Shown in pieces: positions 21,301 through 30,012 of a stretch of DNA of 64,000 bases (within the stretch, counting starts at the first letter, position 1; the number at the start of each line of letters is the position of its first letter). Source of the stretch: an uncultured cyanobacterium (GTDB taxonomy: Bacteria > Cyanobacteriota > Cyanobacteriia > Cyanobacteriales > CAWCAG01); the NCBI GenBank assembly GCA_963803805.1, contig CAWDOD010000008.1, positions 85,621 to 149,620 of the forward strand, given 5' to 3'. A model generated the notes under the pieces. It was not told the DNA's origin and searched no databases. It worked only from the letters and a program-made list of their open reading frames with translations. The position numbers and the translations under genes were made by a program.

Positions 21301-22887
21301 AAGCTTTTACAAGCACAGCGCTTAGCTCAAGTGGGCAACTGGGAATGGGTAATAGAGGAAGGAAAAGAACTAAATGAGGCCCAAATAAATTGCTCAGAAG
21401 AATTGGTTGGTATTTATGGATTTACTCCTGACCAAGAATTGCCAACCTTTGCCGAACTACTCCAACACCATAATCCTAAAGACAGGGAAATACTGCAACA
21501 AGCCATAAAACAGCTACTTGCAGAGGGTAGTCCTTACAACTTAGATTTACAATACAATCGCCCAGATGGAGAAAGGCGTTACTTAAATATGATTGGTAGA
21601 GCAGTTATTGATCAGGAAGGGAAAGTAACCAAACTCTACGGTGCAGTAATAGATATTACTGAGCGCAAGAAAATTGAAGGAAAATTAGTAGAGCAAAATC
21701 AAGCTTTGGAAGAAGCGATCGCAGTTGCCCAAGCAGCAGATTCTGCCAATCAAGCTAAAAGCGAATTTTTGGCGAATATGAGTCACGAAATCCGCACCCC
21801 CATGAATTCTGTGTTGGGGGTTAGTCAACTTTTATCACAAACAGATTTGAATCTTGAACAACAGAGACTGCTGGAAACCTTGAGAAGCAATGGAGAAAAG
21901 TTACTGGCACTTATTGATGATATCCTCGATTTGTCTAAACTGGAAGCCAAAAAACTGCAACTAGAATCAAGGGAATTTAATCTTGATGCTTTAGGCAATA
22001 ATCTCAGGAATTTGTATGATGCTCAAGTGAAGAAAAAACAACTGGAATTTGCCATTGAGATTGCTGCCGATGTACCTCGCAACTTAATTGGTGATGAATT
22101 TCGCCTCCAGCAAGTGCTAAGTAACTTACTCAGCAACGCTATGAAGTTTACAGAGTCTGGACAGATTACTGTAGCTATTGCTCAGCAATCGGAACAAGAA
22201 GATGATAATTCTTTGGCTATCCTCCGGTTTGAAGTGCAAGATACAGGCATTGGTATTCCTGTTCAAGCCCAAGAAGAATTATTTCAGCCCTTTATTCAAG
22301 TTGATGCCTCCACAACCCGCCAGTATGGAGGAACCGGGTTAGGATTAACTATTAGCCGCCGTATCATACAATTAATGGGAGGAGAAATTGGTGTTACGAG
22401 TACTTCGGGTGAAGGTTCCAACTTTTGGTTTACAGTTCCTTTAGAAGTGGTTGCAACTCCTACTTCCTCCCCTACATCACAAAAACCTGATGCAGCCAAA
22501 TCTGCGGTTGTATCCCTAGCCAATCTCAAAGTGCTAATTGTCGAAGATCGAGAAGACAACCGTTACATACTCCAACTAATGGTACAAAGATTAGGCTGTC
22601 AAAGCGATTGGGTTGACAATGGACAAAAAGCTGTAGAACACTTGCTAGAAAACGATTACAACATCATCCTTATGGATTGTCAAATGCCAGTCATGGATGG
22701 CTACGAAGCGACGCAAATCATACGACAAAGAGAAGAAGAAGCGCAACGTAAGGTGATTATTGGCCTTACTGCTAATGCCATGGAAGGCGATCGCGACAAG
22801 TGTTTAGCTGCTGGTATGGATGATTATCTTAGCAAACCCATTATGTATGATGCTTTGGCAAAGGTGTTGAGTTATTGGGCTAATTAG
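18382..22887 (+). CDS. CheB-CheR-coiled-coil-PAS-HisKA-HATPase-REC hybrid protein
   Basis: [17 protein letters not shown] (CheB); [20 protein letters not shown] (CheR); NEELQS repeats; PAS domains; SHEIRTP; GGTGLGL; LMDCQMP. Confidence 0.95.
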   Translation: MIRKNTTTSSGENNFFIVSIGASAGGVQALESFFGNVPDHPNAAFVVVQHLSPNHKSMMSEILQRQTAMPVQEVEDQMPLEPSKVYVLPPGKSLVLENCSLRLQKKSEARNYPINQFFQSLVEEWGERTIAILLSGTGNDGTEGLQAVSRAGGIALVQSSETAQFTSMPSSAIPSGLVDEVLSPQDLAQTVFELIRFSENFPNSTAEEASLIDPDLLQRILDVLAEREEIDFSHYKVSTLSRRIHHRCALTRKSSLEDYIGFLEDSEEEQKLLRQDLLIGATCFFRDRSAWEFLETKVLPKIIAELQPQQQLRVWVSACATGEEAYSMAILVDEAIRRAGKSVQVKIFATDLDTNALEVAAQGIYPESIASDISPERLEYYFTSDSNNFRVKRSLREMLIVAPHDLTKNAGFSKMNLVSCRNVLIYMQPQLQQQVLRLLHFALGSHGVLFLGSSETLGGLEEEFTPLNNKCKIFRKRRDNQLSLMPITRQTIVTPIHQASSRSKSRQQQLDRLLGEVFKYCLSERQITCLLVNQNNQLLRVFYNAARLLEFPVGQPVLDVTEIVHPSLKLPLSTALHRTKRDKTPVLYTGVKLERDGEQRNISLRVGIDESSRHSENHRIVVLEIEEQPTPVSTVALAFDLDTEATQRITELEYELQQTRENLQVTIEELETTNEEQQATNEELLASNEELQSTNEELQSVNEELYTVNAEYQSKIQELTQLNNDINNLLRSTNIGVVFLDRDLNIRKFTPAATRAINIKSTDIGRPLADITHNLSCSDLLEILQQVADTEEPVEQEVCFADSDECSLMRVNPYFQDNAGSNGVVVTFVDIDELKRVQDELYQANEILENLYATSPVGLSLHDKDLKFLRINEALAGINGYSIEEHLGKTLQELIPELAQQVEPLLRQVIETGEAIYGIEICGNTARDSSQERHWIGSYYPVDFLRDGLGVGAVVVEITERIRSEEALKRSKAKLLQAQRLAQVGNWEWVIEEGKELNEAQINCSEELVGIYGFTPDQELPTFAELLQHHNPKDREILQQAIKQLLAEGSPYNLDLQYNRPDGERRYLNMIGRAVIDQEGKVTKLYGAVIDITERKKIEGKLVEQNQALEEAIAVAQAADSANQAKSEFLANMSHEIRTPMNSVLGVSQLLSQTDLNLEQQRLLETLRSNGEKLLALIDDILDLSKLEAKKLQLESREFNLDALGNNLRNLYDAQVKKKQLEFAIEIAADVPRNLIGDEFRLQQVLSNLLSNAMKFTESGQITVAIAQQSEQEDDNSLAILRFEVQDTGIGIPVQAQEELFQPFIQVDASTTRQYGGTGLGLTISRRIIQLMGGEIGVTSTSGEGSNFWFTVPLEVVATPTSSPTSQKPDAAKSAVVSLANLKVLIVEDREDNRYILQLMVQRLGCQSDWVDNGQKAVEHLLENDYNIILMDCQMPVMDGYEATQIIRQREEEAQRKVIIGLTANAMEGDRDKCLAAGMDDYLSKPIMYDALAKVLSYWAN

Positions 22888-22912
22888 GTAATGGGTATTG
22901 AAGATAGTAATT

Positions 22913-25172
22913 ATGATTAAAAAGCCAAAATTAAAAAGTAGCTTCCGTTGGGAAAAAGTCGATTCACAAGGGAGCTTTTTATTGTCTGAGAAAGAGACAG
23001 TATTTCTCAGGGAGCCTTTGTACCAAAAGTTAATACCCTTGCTTGATGGCAAGCGGACCCAGGAAGAGATTGTTACTCAACTTAGCAACGAATTACCAGA
23101 GGCTTATATCTTTTATGGGCTTATGGAGTTGGAGCAGAAGGGTTTGATTATTGAAAATGCACCAATCTTAGAGCCGAATTTTACTTTATTGTGTGAGTCT
23201 TTGCTTGTTGATACTCAACAAGGAAAGCAGCAATCGCAATCAACTCAAGTTACCCTCAAAACATTGGGTTCTTTGTCTGGGAAAGATTTAAAGCAAAGCT
23301 TAGAGCAATCGTCAGATTCAAATTGCTGATGATGGAGATATTGAAGTTGTTCTAACCGACGACTATTTACGAGAAGAATTAGAGGCAATTAATCGAGTTA
23401 ATCTTGCTAAATCTCGTCCTTGGATGTTGGTTAAACCTGTCGGCACTCTTCTTTGGCTTGGTCCAATCTTCCAACCGGGAAAAACTGGATGTTGGCAATG
23501 TTTAGCACAACGATTGCGAAATAATCGACCCTCAGAAGGATTTATCCAGCGACGCAGAGATAGTCTTTCTCCTTTAACACCTCCCCTAGTTGGGTTGCCC
23601 ACAACTCAACAGACCGCTACAGCCATGGCAGCCCAGGAAATTCTTAAATGGATTCTCCAAGGCAAAAATCAACGTTTAGAAGGGGTGATGGTAACTTACG
23701 ACACCCTCTCCCTAACTTTGCAAAACCACATTCTTGTCAAACGCCCCCAATGTCCAGAGTGTGGCTACATCAAACCCCAAAACAACCGACCTTTACCCAT
23801 TATTCTTGGTAGTCGCAAAAAAAGATTCACCAAAGATGGTGGACATCGTAGCCTCACCCCGGAGGAAACCTTAGCCCGCTATCAACACCACGTTAGTCCT
23901 TTTTTAGGAGTAATACGTTCTATAGAAAAGCTACCCTACGATTGCAACGGCTTAGCTCATATCTACAGAGTCAAGCATCATTGGGCTTCTGTCTTTGATG
24001 ATTGCGAGAACTTGCAAAAAAATCTGGGAGGACGCAGTGCAGGTAAAGGTAGAACAGCAGCCCAAGGTAAAGCTAGTGGTTTAGGGGAAGCTATAGAACG
24101 CTATTGCGGCGTATTTCAGGGAGATGAAGTCACTATTAAGAGCAGCTACAAAAAGCTAGGCAATGACGCTATTCATCCATACAGTTGTCTTAATTTTAGT
24201 CAGACTCAATATGACAATCGTAAATCCTGGAATGCACAACGTACCACCCAGTTTCAAAGAGTACCCGAACCTTTTGATGAAACTAGAGAAATTGCCTGGA
24301 CTCCGGTTTGGTCTTTGACTCAGCAAGACTTTAAATATTTACCCACAGCCTATTGTTATTTCGGCTATCCCCAATCGCTTCCTAGGGACTGTTGGGCTAA
24401 CACCAATGGTTGCGCTGCGGGCAATACCCTAGAAGAAGCAATTTTACAGGGATTTTTAGAATTAGTAGAGCGGGACAGTGCAGCCTTGTGGTGGTACAAC
24501 CGTTTACCCAAGCCGAAAGTTGCTTTAGAGACTTTCGACGAGCCTTATTTTCAAGCTATAACTGCTCATTACGACTCCCTAGGGCGGGAATTTTGGGTTC
24601 TTGATTTAACAAGCGACTTGAATATTCCCACCTTTGTAGCTATTTCACGGCGCTTTAACCATCCTGTAGAAGATTTAATTTTCGGGTTTGGTACACATTT
24701 TGACCCCAAACTAGCTATCCAAAGAGCGCTAACAGAAGTTTGTCAAGTACTCCCGGCAGTTTTGAACGCCAATCCTGATGGTACAACCCGCTATGCAAGT
24801 TCGGCTGAGTCTCAGATTCTCCACTGGTGGCAAACAGCAACCTTAGATAACCAGCCTTATTTAGCCCCCTACAATGACATTGCCCCAAAATGTAGTGGTG
24901 ACTATGAATATGAAGTTGTCTGGCATGAAGATTTCTTAGAAGACATCAAATACTGTCAACATCTTGTGGAAGAAAGAGGTATGGAAATGCTCGTCCTCAA
25001 TCAAACCCGCCCTGATATCGGTTTAAAAGTAGTCAAGGTCATTGTTCCCGGTTTACGACACTTCTGGAAGCGGTTAGCCCCAGGAAGATTATATAATGTC
25101 CCTGTCGAGATGGGCTGGCTTCAACAGCCATTGCAGGAGGAAGAATTGAATCCCATTCCTTTGTGGATGTAA
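22913..25172 (+). pseudogene. PatD/TruD-like RRE-E1-YcaO cyclodehydratase (TOMM type), split by one frameshift near 23310
   Basis: ORF1 (L..LLDG, IFYGL.ELEQKG) continues in another frame as QIQIADDGDIEVVLTDDYL...PWMLVKPVG..WLGP.F.PG.TGCW.CL; YcaO motifs SAGKG, EAIERY, NGCAAGNTLEEAILQG.LELVERD, RALTE, VIVPG.RHFW; Pro-rich C-terminus NPIPLWM. Confidence 0.88.
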
Positions 25173-25201
25173 ACAGTTACCAGTGATCTTTTGTTTCTCT
25201 T

Positions 25202-26284
25202 ATGCTAAACGGTTATCGCATTATTGACGCAGACTCCCATGTTTTTGAGCCTCATTCTTTGTGGCAAACCTATCTTGAACCTGCCTTTCGTGACTTTGCT
25301 CCTACACCAGACTTGCAGATTCAAGGGGTTTCGGTAATGACTAAATTTTCTAACACTCTGACTGATAAGGGGGCTGAAGAGGTGGCGCGATCGCATCCCC
25401 TCTCTTTTGCTCAAGAATTTAATCCAGAATCCCAAGTACAAGCGATGTACCAAATGGGAGTTGATGTTGCTTTTGTTTACCCCACCTACCTAGCTTGGAT
25501 TAGCGGTGTAGATACCATGGCTCCCCAACAAGTAGGGGCTTATGTCCGTGCCTACAATAGCTGGCTACGAGACTTTTGTAGTTATAACCCAGATATTTTA
25601 AAAGGAATCGGCGTTATTAATCTCCATGCCCCGGAGGAGATGGTTCCTGAACTGCAACGGATTGCTGATTTTGGTTGGAAAGCTGTTTACTTACGCCCTA
25701 ATCCCGTTAAGGGAAGATTACTTAGTGACCCTGCTTATGAGCCGTTTTGGGCTGAATGCGAAAAACTCGACATTGCCGTCAGTCTCCACGAAACCACCCA
25801 TAGTCGCGTCCCTAGTGCTGGTGCAGACCGCTTTCACAGCCGCTTTGCCCTACACGCCTGCTCTCACCCCATGGAACAGATGATGGCTTTGTTAGCGCTG
25901 ATTGAGGGGGGAGTTTTAGAAAACCATCCCCAGCTTAGGGTAGGATTTCTTGAATCCGGTTGCGGTTGGCTGCCCTACTGGTTGTGGCGACTTGACCGTG
26001 AGTACGAAGATTTGCGCTGGGAAGTGGGGGATAAGGTGAAGATGAAGCCCTCAGAGTATTTTCGCCGTCAGTGTTTTATTGCAGTGGAACCTTCAGAAAC
26101 CTATATTCCTAAGCTGTTAGAGGAACTGGGAGTAGATAATCTCATTTTCGGTTCCGACTATCCCCATATCGACCACAACCCTGATGTGGTTGCTGATATG
26201 GTGGCTCTTGAAGGATGCTTAGGCAAGGAAGTTTTGCAAAAGATTCTTTGGGATAATCCCCGTCGGTTTTACGGTTTGGGCTAA
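25202..26284 (+). CDS. Amidohydrolase family protein (Amidohydro_2)
   Basis: IIDADSH, AYN.WL, DP.YEPFW, HP.LRVGFLESGCGW, FGSDYPH.D, DNPRRFY. Confidence 0.93.
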   Translation: MLNGYRIIDADSHVFEPHSLWQTYLEPAFRDFAPTPDLQIQGVSVMTKFSNTLTDKGAEEVARSHPLSFAQEFNPESQVQAMYQMGVDVAFVYPTYLAWISGVDTMAPQQVGAYVRAYNSWLRDFCSYNPDILKGIGVINLHAPEEMVPELQRIADFGWKAVYLRPNPVKGRLLSDPAYEPFWAECEKLDIAVSLHETTHSRVPSAGADRFHSRFALHACSHPMEQMMALLALIEGGVLENHPQLRVGFLESGCGWLPYWLWRLDREYEDLRWEVGDKVKMKPSEYFRRQCFIAVEPSETYIPKLLEELGVDNLIFGSDYPHIDHNPDVVADMVALEGCLGKEVLQKILWDNPRRFYGLG

Positions 26285-26310
26285 ATAGTAAACAGATAAA
26301 AGATCATCAT

Positions 26311-26344
26311 GTAGGTTGGGTTTCGTCGCCTCAACCCAACTATC
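26311..26344 (+). repeat. GTAG-type REP-like hairpin
   Basis: gtaggttgggtt-tcgtcgcctc-aacccaactatc. Confidence 0.6.
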
Positions 26345-26397
26345 CTGTAGGTATCTATTTTGCTAGGATAAAGTTTTGAATCTTAGGATCTTGAATC

Positions 26398-27048
26398 GTG
26401 CTAAGTGCAGATGCGTTGAGCTTTCAGGAATTTATGAACCGCGAATCTTTGTCAATCGCCACTTTACATGGTGCAGTTTTTGAGTTTTTGCGAAACCGCC
26501 AAGATGTGGTTGTATTTGGGGCGCAAGCGGTAAATGCCTATACTGGAGAGCCGCGTATGACTCAGGATATTGATGTTATGGCTCTACGAGGAGCAGATTT
26601 AGCCGAAGAGTTACGCCTTTATTTAAGCGTAGGCAAAGCCCGCCGCAGGCATCGCTTTTACATTGCTATGAGAGTGAGAGTAATTAAAGGGGGGTTAGGT
26701 TATCGGCTCTACCAAGTGCAAAAAACAGGTGATCGACATCTGGTTGATATTCGCCAAGTAGAGACTTTGCCAGAAAATCGTCCCTTTGAAGGGGTATTAG
26801 TGATGGCTCCGGAGTCGTTGGTGGTGAGCAAGGTAATTGCCTATTACCAACGACAAGGTAAGCCCAAGGCAGGAACAGATTGGCGTGATTTGGCTCTGTT
26901 GTTGTTGGCTTTTCCAGAGTTGAAAGTAGAGTCTGGTGTTGTTTTAGCAGGTTTGAGGGCAGCAAGGGTAGAAGAAGCTGTCATCTCTTTATGGCGAAAG
27001 ATTGTGGCAACGCCAATTGAGACTGATGATGAAGATGAGGATTTTTAG
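26398..27048 (+). CDS. Nucleotidyltransferase, AbiEii/AbiGii-like
   Basis: VVFGAQAVNAY...RMTQDIDV, K..A...R...K..TD.RDL. Confidence 0.7.
   Translation: MLSADALSFQEFMNRESLSIATLHGAVFEFLRNRQDVVVFGAQAVNAYTGEPRMTQDIDVMALRGADLAEELRLYLSVGKARRRHRFYIAMRVRVIKGGLGYRLYQVQKTGDRHLVDIRQVETLPENRPFEGVLVMAPESLVVSKVIAYYQRQGKPKAGTDWRDLALLLLAFPELKVESGVVLAGLRAARVEEAVISLWRKIVATPIETDDEDEDF
26627..26655. mobile_element. 21-nt SDR5-like small dispersed repeat inserted into a HIP1 site
   Basis: GCG + taggcaaagcccgccgcaggc (26630-26650, 21 nt) + ATCGC; removing it restores GCGATCGC in frame. Confidence 0.85.
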
Positions 27049-27140
27049 AAACTACTCCAAAGCAAAACTGACCAATACCTAGACACAGAAGCAATGTTAT
27101 CCTAAAATCAACAGCCATTGAGTAAGAGGTCTACCAAACC

Positions 27141-27239
27141 ATGACTCTTTCATCACAACAACTCATCGAAACAGAAGAGGACTTCTATCCCTATAGTGAC
27201 GGCGAACCAATGGCAGAAAGCGATCCTAATTTTAGTTGA
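27141..27239 (+). pseudogene. N-terminal fragment of a Uma2 family nuclease
   Basis: AGAGG RBS; MTLSSQQLIETEEDFYPYSDGEPMAESDPNFS*; YP.SDGEPMAESD is a typical Uma2 N-terminus. Confidence 0.7.
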
Positions 27240-27634
27240 GGTTATTGTTGTGGATGCGATCGCACCACAATTTGCTTCTGCTCATAGATATGTTTTAAAG
27301 CGGGTAAGCAATGCTCACTGTAGGTATTGCTGGTTTACAATTAAGGCTTTTTCTCTGTCTGCCAGAAAACACTATTATGATAACGCTTTAATTTAAATCG
27401 CTTCAGTATTAATCATTACCGCAAAGGAGGTAATTCCTCGGTTTTTACATATCTTTAAAAAGCCTTGACAAAAGAATATGTATCCGGTGAAACTGACCTT
27501 GTATCTAGCTATGAGAGGCTCTCAGACAGAAGAGCGCTAATAGTAAGCTAGCGGTTTTTCTCAGTACTTAATAGTTTTCAGAAATTACCGTATTTACCAG
27601 GAAATGTTGTCATGTCTACCTCTGAAAAACAAAG

Positions 27635-29038
27635 ATGAGACTTTCTAAACGCCTTATTGGTATTTTTTATGCAATCCTGGCTTGTGTTGTATGTGTTGTT
27701 TTGGTAGTGCTGAGTGGTCAGAATGCTTGGACTCAGACTAAGGGTATACCTATACCTGAGTTGAAGTCTGAGATTCCTCACAATCCCCCTCCTCTTACCA
27801 AAAAAGAGGAAGCTTTCGGAGCTTTTGCCTGGCAGACATTTGTTGCTCTAAACTGGCCTGCCGATTGCAAAACGGGTTCTTCAAAGGACATAAAAATTGG
27901 TCAAGCTCATGAGGAGCCTAGAGTTTGGGAATTTTACAACTTTCCTGAGAGTGTATTTCATTCCAACTTGGAAAAATCTGTTCCCTTAGAGAATCCGTCT
28001 CAGTGTCATCCTAACCAATCGATTGCAGTACCAGTGCGATATACTGAACCGGCAGATGACCCCGATTTTCAATTCCGGCGACTCGCATTAATTGATCAGT
28101 CTGGAAATTACATTCTCAACGAGATTCACCTCAATCCGACAGAAGTCAACCAAATCGTTGCTCAAGGATGGAATTCTCCTAATAACCTTGTAAATTTCAA
28201 TGATCAAGATAATAAGTTTGCTTTAGTTTGTAGTGATAACAACGAAGGCAAGGAAGGGTTTCCTTGTGAGACAAAGGATGATGTCGGTGCGATTGAAATT
28301 AAGGCAGCTTGGAGAGTTTTACCAGATTTAAAAGAACAGGAGGTAAAAGACGATCAATATTACTCCCTCTGCGGATCATCTAAGGTTGCTAATGAATATA
28401 AAGACAAATATTACATTACTTGCCGAACTTTTGAAGTTGAAGACCTTCAAAAGCAAAAAAAAGAGCTAACAGTCCCTGTAGGTTTGGTTGGTTTCCATAT
28501 CATGCAAAAAACTAGTGATCAAGGTTGGATTTTTTCAACCTTTGAACATATAGATAATGTTCGCGATGAGTCTAACCAAAATTCCACTAAGTACACTCTC
28601 TTTGACCCAAATTGCCAAGGAGATTACTGTAAGCCAAACTACCCTTTTGCTAAGAAACCTTATTTGTGGAGTGATCAATCTCCCTATGGTTTTACTGAAG
28701 GTGAAAAAGCTCAAATTCACTCTCAAATTATCCGAGAGGTTCCCATTACTAAAGTAGCTAAAGAATTGAATGAAAAATGGAAACAAGAGCTAAAAGGTTC
28801 TATATGGCAATATTATCAATTGATTGGCACACAATGGTTAGAGGAATTTGATGTTCCAAACACTCATAATATTGAACCGACTACAGGTACTGACTTCTCA
28901 AAGTTAGCTAATGTAACTCTCGAACCTTATATTCAGAAGACAAAATTGGGAATGTCTTGTATGAAGTGTCATATTAACGCACAACTTCCTAACAACGCTT
29001 CTGCTGATTTTAGCTTCTTGTTGAATGAGCATGACTAA
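27635..29038 (+). CDS. Exported uncharacterised c-type cytochrome-like protein (single C-terminal CxxCH)
   Basis: N-terminal signal/TM; FAWQTFVALNWPA, EIKAAW, VGFHI..KT...WIFSTFEH.DN, YYQLIGTQW, LAN.TLE.Y, SCMKCH, DFSFLL. Confidence 0.75.
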   Translation: MRLSKRLIGIFYAILACVVCVVLVVLSGQNAWTQTKGIPIPELKSEIPHNPPPLTKKEEAFGAFAWQTFVALNWPADCKTGSSKDIKIGQAHEEPRVWEFYNFPESVFHSNLEKSVPLENPSQCHPNQSIAVPVRYTEPADDPDFQFRRLALIDQSGNYILNEIHLNPTEVNQIVAQGWNSPNNLVNFNDQDNKFALVCSDNNEGKEGFPCETKDDVGAIEIKAAWRVLPDLKEQEVKDDQYYSLCGSSKVANEYKDKYYITCRTFEVEDLQKQKKELTVPVGLVGFHIMQKTSDQGWIFSTFEHIDNVRDESNQNSTKYTLFDPNCQGDYCKPNYPFAKKPYLWSDQSPYGFTEGEKAQIHSQIIREVPITKVAKELNEKWKQELKGSIWQYYQLIGTQWLEEFDVPNTHNIEPTTGTDFSKLANVTLEPYIQKTKLGMSCMKCHINAQLPNNASADFSFLLNEHD

Positions 29039-29152
29039 AGTTTTTCTGATGGAAAAGTTAAGAGTAAATCCACTGTTTCTCTAGACTAATTTTACTCTTC
29101 TGAATTTAATTTTCACTCAATCTATTAACCTTAACTTAAGGAGAATTTCACA

Positions 29153-29800
29153 ATGACAGACTATTCTTGGGAAACCTCATTACCCTCTTATTTGAAAGAA
29201 AATTACTCAAATGAGATCAAAGAGGCTGTAACACAATGGTCTCGGATTGTTGCTTGGTCATGGACTCCAATCCTCGCCGCCGTAAAAGAGGATGACAACA
29301 GCAAGGTATCGCCAGAGAAAGAGCAAAAACTCAAGCAAGTATTTCTCGAAATTGTACAACGGCAAGGTCAGCTTTCAAACGCATACGAATCTTACGGTAA
29401 TTTTAGGGGTAACAATAACAAAACCCAGGCTGAAAGTTTAGCTTCTGACTTCAAGAATCTTCTGTTAGGGAAAAATAACGAGGTAGAGTTTGAAGATCTT
29501 AGAGAGGTCGATGTTACTTTGTCCGATGTTTTATACGGGCTTTATGGCAAGCCTTATGTTTTTACCAAAAACGAAACATTTACTAATATGTTTGAATTTC
29601 GGGTTATAACTGATTACACAGGAAAAATCATAGAAGTAGAAGAAGGAAAAGAATATATTTCTCTGATGGCCTATCCTCCTCGCCCCGCTTTGAGTGAAGT
29701 AACAGTTACAGAGCAACAATTAGAAGATTGGGCCAAGAATATCAATACCGGAGGTAGCTACCTTCCTCCTTCTCTGTATATTCCCATTGCTGCTTGCTAA
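29153..29800 (+). CDS. Uncharacterised 215-aa protein with NHLP-like leader motifs; candidate RiPP precursor
   Basis: Strong AAGGAG RBS; WSRIVAWSW; YPPRP...TEQQLEDWA...TGG-SYLPPSLYIPIAAC*. Confidence 0.6.
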   Translation: MTDYSWETSLPSYLKENYSNEIKEAVTQWSRIVAWSWTPILAAVKEDDNSKVSPEKEQKLKQVFLEIVQRQGQLSNAYESYGNFRGNNNKTQAESLASDFKNLLLGKNNEVEFEDLREVDVTLSDVLYGLYGKPYVFTKNETFTNMFEFRVITDYTGKIIEVEEGKEYISLMAYPPRPALSEVTVTEQQLEDWAKNINTGGSYLPPSLYIPIAAC

Positions 29801-29841
29801 ATTTAGGAAAAGTTTTTACTGCTTTTTGAATTAGATACTTG

Positions 29842-29875
29842 GTCTCCTAAATTTTTCGATTTTAGGAGACTTTTT
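29842..29875 (+). terminator. Rho-independent terminator
   Basis: gtctcctaaa-tttttcgat-tttaggagac followed by ttttt. Confidence 0.8.
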
Positions 29876-29934
29876 CAATCAGTACTTTTCCTAATGACGA
29901 ATACTTGTTTTTAACAGATTTTGTTAATGGTTTT

Positions 29935-30012
29935 ACCAGGTTTCACCAATTTTCTTGCGTATAATGGACTATAACTTAACACAGATAGTAGAGCGATCGC
30001 AGGTTTTGCAGA
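29935..30012 (+). promoter_or_regulatory. Duplicated promoter/5' leader with TATAAT (29960-29965)
   Basis: Colinear with 35641-35718 at the same distance from the start codon. Confidence 0.65.

Noticed and set aside
27196-27396. 66-aa ORF
   Set aside because: Out-of-frame overlap with the Uma2 stub; no RBS or motif.
27612-27638. 8-codon uORF MSTSEKQR overlapping the cytochrome start (ATGA)
   Set aside because: Too short to distinguish from chance or a 1-nt indel in the true N-terminus.
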